DNA of 64,000 bases from Macrostomum lignano. Taxonomy: Eukaryota. Below, piece by piece: positions 58,415 to 64,000 of the stretch; position 1 is the stretch's first letter; every line of letters begins with the position of its first letter. Made by a program: the position numbers and the translations under genes. The stretch spans positions 62,001 through 126,000 of the forward strand of contig NIVC01000545.1 of NCBI GenBank assembly GCA_002269645.1, written 5' to 3'. The notes beneath the pieces were generated by a model that saw nothing but the letters and a program-made list of their open reading frames with translations, did no database searches and was not told where the DNA came from.

Positions 58415-59225
58415 CTGAATCTCACCCCCAGATCCCTCTCTTTAGATCCTAAATCTCACCTTGCAGATCCTCAATCTCCCCCCATATTCTCAATCTCGCC
58501 CCAAGTTACACAATCTCACCCTCAGATCTTTAATCTCACCCAGATCCCCAATCTCACCCCAGATCCTCAATCTCACCCCCAGATCCTCAGTCTCACCCCC
58601 AGATCCTCAATCTCACAGAAGGGCACAGGATGGACACATGGACACAAGGGCACATGATGGCACCCAGATCCCCAATCTCACCCCAGATCTTTAATCTCAC
58701 CACCAATCTCACCACCATCTCACCCCCAGATCCTCAATCTCACCCCCAGATCCTCAATCTCACCCACAGATCCTCAATCTCACCCACAGATCCTCAATCT
58801 CACCCACAGATCCTCAATCTCACCCTCAGATCCTCAATCTCACCCCCAGATCCCCAATCTCACCCCCGGATCCTCAATCTCACCCACAGATCCTCAATCT
58901 CACCCCAGATCCTCAATCTCACCCACAGATCCTCAATCTCACCCCCAGATCCCCAATCTCACCCCCGGATCCTCAATCTCACCCACAGATCCTCAATCTC
59001 ACCCCTAGATCCTCAATCTCACCCCTAGATCCTCAATCTCACCCCTAGATCCTCAATCTCACCCCCAGATCCTCAATCTCACCCCCAGATCCTCAATCTC
59101 ACCCACACCCACAGATCCTCAATCTCACCCCCAGATCCTCAATCTCACCCCAGGTCCTCAATTTCATGCCCAGATCCTCAATCTCACCCCCAGATCCTCA
59201 ATCTCACGCCCAGATCCTCAATCTC
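58415..59225. repeat. ~19-bp minisatellite, same family and orientation as 56095-56570
   Basis: CCCCAGATCCTCAATCTCA units. Confidence 0.93.
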
Positions 59226-60129
59226 ATCTCTAAATTCTCAAACTTCCTGAGAGCCAACAAGTTTCAAGAAAAACTAACTGAAAGCCTGCATGCTGCATTC
59301 AAATCCAGCTATGAAACAAGAGCTTAAAATGCGCAGTATGAGCTTCTGAAGGCTTACATTTATAACCTACAGTATTGCTGACTATTTCTCGGGGGCAGTC
59401 AAATGAGGGCTGGCAGCGCGTGGAGAGGGCAAGAGAGGAGAGAGAACTGCAGTTCCAGTGTACATCGTTGTACACTCCTCCGGGAGCCTCTGGGTGAGAG
59501 AGGAAAACGGGATAGAAAAGCGGTGGGATCCGCCCATAAGACCTCAGCCAACATAGCTCGTAGATTACACAGCATTACTAGGAGCAAAGCGAAGTGCTCA
59601 GCGCTTCGAGTAAATCGGTATAAAGTGTCGCTTATTTGAGTCGGCTACTCGTACTATCCTACTGAGCGCCGGTCGCAGAGATCGAACTCCGAATGATTAA
59701 CCTGGCAGGTGTTGCAGCAGCGGCTCTGCTGCTGAGCTGCTGTGCAGCGGCGGCGCCCGATCTCGACAGCTCAGGTCAAGGTGGAGACTTCCCAGTCAGA
59801 CGGTGAGGCCCGCAGCTCCATTGAGTTTCATGGAAATCATTGGAATTCTTCGTCGCTGGCATGTCGAATGCCGGCACCTGCGATAGAAACTTAATTCCGG
59901 GTTTCAGAGTTCAAATACGGCAGTACAGTTGCCTGTGTCTGGCTAATCTCTTGGCTATCGGGAGAGGGCTGAGTCATCAGCTCTGGCAGCGGGTAGAGAG
60001 GAAAAGCAGGGAGCAGGGAGTGCATTGTACAGGGGGATTGAACTCAAGTTTCTCCTGCTGGGGTTTCAGTGTGTCCGGTTAGAGCTGAGCATTTGCTCCA
60101 TCTCTGCCACTTTTATCCCTTTATAAGTA

Positions 60130-60364
<235 letters not shown>

Positions 60365-60394
60365 TAATTCCCCGTCTCCCCACCAACCCCGCAG

Positions 60395-60845
60395 GCTCGT
60401 GAAGCGTCAAGTCCTGCTGACCCAGCACCCGAGCGGCAACAATGTCCGCTACACGGGTTTGGACCCGTACGAGGAGCGCCTGCTGATCATCCTGCTGGGG
60501 TCCAGCATCGCCGTTCTGTTCGCCATTGTTTTTCTTGTCATCTGCTTTCGAACTTATCGAATCGATCGCAAAGCCATCGGCGGCGGCCTCGGCAGAGGCG
60601 AGGGCCTGTTCCAGCAGCAGCAGATGATGTACGGGGCCGGGCCGGCAGGCAGGCAGGCCTACTACACCACGGGCTTCCAGCCTGGCGTTGCCATGGATCC
60701 CGTGTACCTGGACCCCGGCAGGGGCGGCATGCCGCCTCCGCAGCCGCCGCGACAGTCGCAGCAGCAGCAACAGCTGGTTGACAACACAGCCTACGCCAGT
60801 CTGGGAGGCTTTGACCGGCCCCACTCGCAGCAGCAGCGCATTTGA
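60395..60845 (+). CDS. Terminal exon of an unidentified single-pass membrane protein
   Basis: CCCGCAG acceptor; LLIILLGSSIAVLFAIVFLVICF hydrophobic segment followed by R.YR; Gly/Gln/Pro/Tyr-rich tail; GC3-rich codons. Confidence 0.7.
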
Positions 60846-60879
60846 CCTCTGAGGGGGCGGTTGGGGTGGGGAGCGGAGG

Positions 60880-61395
60880 GAGGTGGGTGACAGTGAGGGG
60901 TAGGGAGCGGAGTGAGGAGGGTGGCAGTGAGTGCTAGAGAGAGAAGGGAGGTGGGTGACAGTGAGGGGTAGGGAGCGGAGTGAGGAGGGTGGCAGTGAGT
61001 GCTAGAGAGAGAAGGGAGGTGGGTGACAGTGAGGGGTAGGGAGCGGAGTGAGGAGGGTGGCAGTGAGTGCTAGAGAGAGAAGGGAGGTGGGTGACAGTGA
61101 GGGGTAGGGAGCGGAGTGAGGAGGGTGGCAGTGAGTGCTAGAGAGAGAAGGGAGTCGGGTGGCAGTGAGGGGTAGAGAGCGGAGGGAGGTGGGTGGCAGT
61201 GAGGAGTAGAGAGCGGAGGGAGGTGGGTGGCAGTGAGGAGTAGGAGTAGAGAGCGGAGGGAGGTGGGTGGCAGTGAGGGGTAGATAGCGGAAGGAGGTGA
61301 GTAGCAGGGAGGGGTAGGGAGCGGAAGGAGGTGGGTGGTAATGGGGGGTAAAGAGCGGAGGGAGGTGGGTGGCAGTGAGAGGTAGAGAGCGGATC
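60880..61395. repeat. Purine-rich minisatellite (GGAGGTGGGTGGCAGTGAGGGGTAG...)
   Basis: Direct reading. Confidence 0.9.
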
Positions 61396-62630
61396 GAGGT
61401 GGACGATATTTGAGAGTGGAATAAATCATGAATTTTTTTAATTATGCCATATAATTGCTTTACATTTACCTACATTCAAATTACTTGGTAAGATCGACTG
61501 TAAAATTGCCCTTTGCTACATTCCAAACTTCGCACTGCTCTGTGGAGACGCCTGTACTCTTTGAGTTGGGAAGAACTTTGAATTTTTTGCCTTTTTATAA
61601 ATGAGCATTCTAAGTAGCGTTTTACACAGACACCCTTCTCATCTGGGATGTAAAGAGCGAGGAATTTTTGTTTATATTAGCGTGTACTGAAGTACATAAA
61701 AGCATTCCCATATATTAATAAATATATGAGCTACTGGACCTGAATATGGTTTTAAATTATTCGATTCTCTGGGGCTTTGAATGTCAATTTTTACAAAAAA
61801 ATATTTCTACGAGATTACTTAGAAGTAGTAAGGCACGCACATTAACTGGTGGAAGGTATAAGAGGCTTTTTCAGTTGCTGCTCAGAACTTGGTGCTTAGA
61901 AATTTCGTATTTAAGAAAAATAATCAAACCAACTTCATCTGAAGCTTAAAAAATCAGTAAAAGGGACAAATTTGTAGTATCCGTGCCGGATAGCTTCATC
62001 ATTCATTCAATCCTCACCCGTTGCCTAACAACAAAAGTACAGAGGGACAACTGCAGAAGCAGTTCTGCAACTCGCCCCAGCATAAAGCTATCAAACCAGA
62101 AGGGCAACTGTCCGCCAGCAATCCACCGGGAGAGAACAACCCCAGCTTGGTGATTGGGTTTTGAATTCAAACCAGCTGGCCATTGTGAGTGGCTGGATGC
62201 CAATTCTGGATTTGAGTATTCGCTTTCAAAGCCGGGCCTCACTCTCACCTGCTCTAACATTCTACATCATTTACCCATCCTCTCCTCCTCGCCTTTCCCT
62301 GTCCTCTTTCTAGGAAAGTTTCCTCCTGTAACCTATTCTTTGCGACTTGCTACTCCTGCCCCTGTCCTCTTGTGCCGGTTGCTAGGGGACACCCGTGTAC
62401 AGCAGGGCGTTGCTCAGCCCCTCCCCCACAAGCCATCAAACCAGTTCTCGCGGTTGGTCAGGACGGAAAAGCAGGAAAGACAGAGCTGGGCGCAGCTGTG
62501 AGCTTGTAGTTGGATGAGACTTGACTGTTTCTATCTGAGCTCCGGCCCACGTGTGTACAACAGCTCCCCAGCTCTGTCTGTCTGACAACCTAAAATATTT
62601 AGAGCATTTTGTGCCGCTGACTGACTACAG

Positions 62631-63492
<862 letters not shown>

Positions 63493-64000
63493 ATGAATCC
63501 TTCGAATATTCCACCATTTGGTGTGATTTCTGCTGTTCCTTTGCATCCAACTCGACTTCCCGACACCGTGACTTGTGCATTCGCAGGCGTTCCCCTGGTC
63601 GAGTCCCGCCCGACAATCCGAGAGGCGGCCACCGGAGGCGACGCCCAGCGCGGCGGCAGCCAGGAAGTCCGCCAGCTCGTCTTCCTTCGCCCGTCAAAAG
63701 GAGCCAACGTGCCAGCGAGGCTGAGCGGCTACGAAAAGTACGTGCAGGACTGCATTAGACGGCATCGCGAGTCGCCAAGCGGTGGTCCCCAGAGGCAAGA
63801 TTCCGGCCTCACAAAGCCAGTCGAGAGCGACTTATCCACCAGACAAAAGACCGAGCACTGCATCGCTTCGAACGGTTTCTCAAAGAGCGCGAGCACTGTA
63901 GACTTCACAAGATCGAATGACAACTTTCTCCAGCACGATGCTGTGCTCACTGAGAGCAGCAACGGTTCCAGTAGTGTTCAGGTCCTTGGGAATTGTGCGG

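Overview
Eukaryotic (animal) genomic DNA. The AT-rich, transposon-packed first ~37 kb is followed by GC-rich spliced genes whose introns are filled with simple repeats; this is reminiscent of a free-living flatworm such as Macrostomum (inference only). Left part: a complete hAT DNA transposon (1483-5713, 8-bp TSD, one nonsense codon), a divergent protein phosphatase inhibitor-2-like gene, and a full-length, very young Ty3/Gypsy LTR retrotransposon (12579-22102). The Gypsy element has gag, a -1 frameshift pol, an extra non-env ORF3, and LTRs ending in a ladder of LTR-end/tRNA primer-binding-site cassettes. Also present are two Penelope-type minimal hammerhead ribozymes, twin covarying ~80-nt hairpins, a Tc1 fragment and several MITEs. 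Right part: a ~13-14 exon ABCA transporter gene (37166-54999), an intronless SAXO/FAM154-like gene, and exons of one or two unidentified genes. The most unusual signal is the ~51-bp periodic array of four att+PBS (tRNA-Leu type) units at the end of the Gypsy 5' LTR, three of which are copied into the 3' LTR. All assignments come from reading the sequence by eye; no searches were run.
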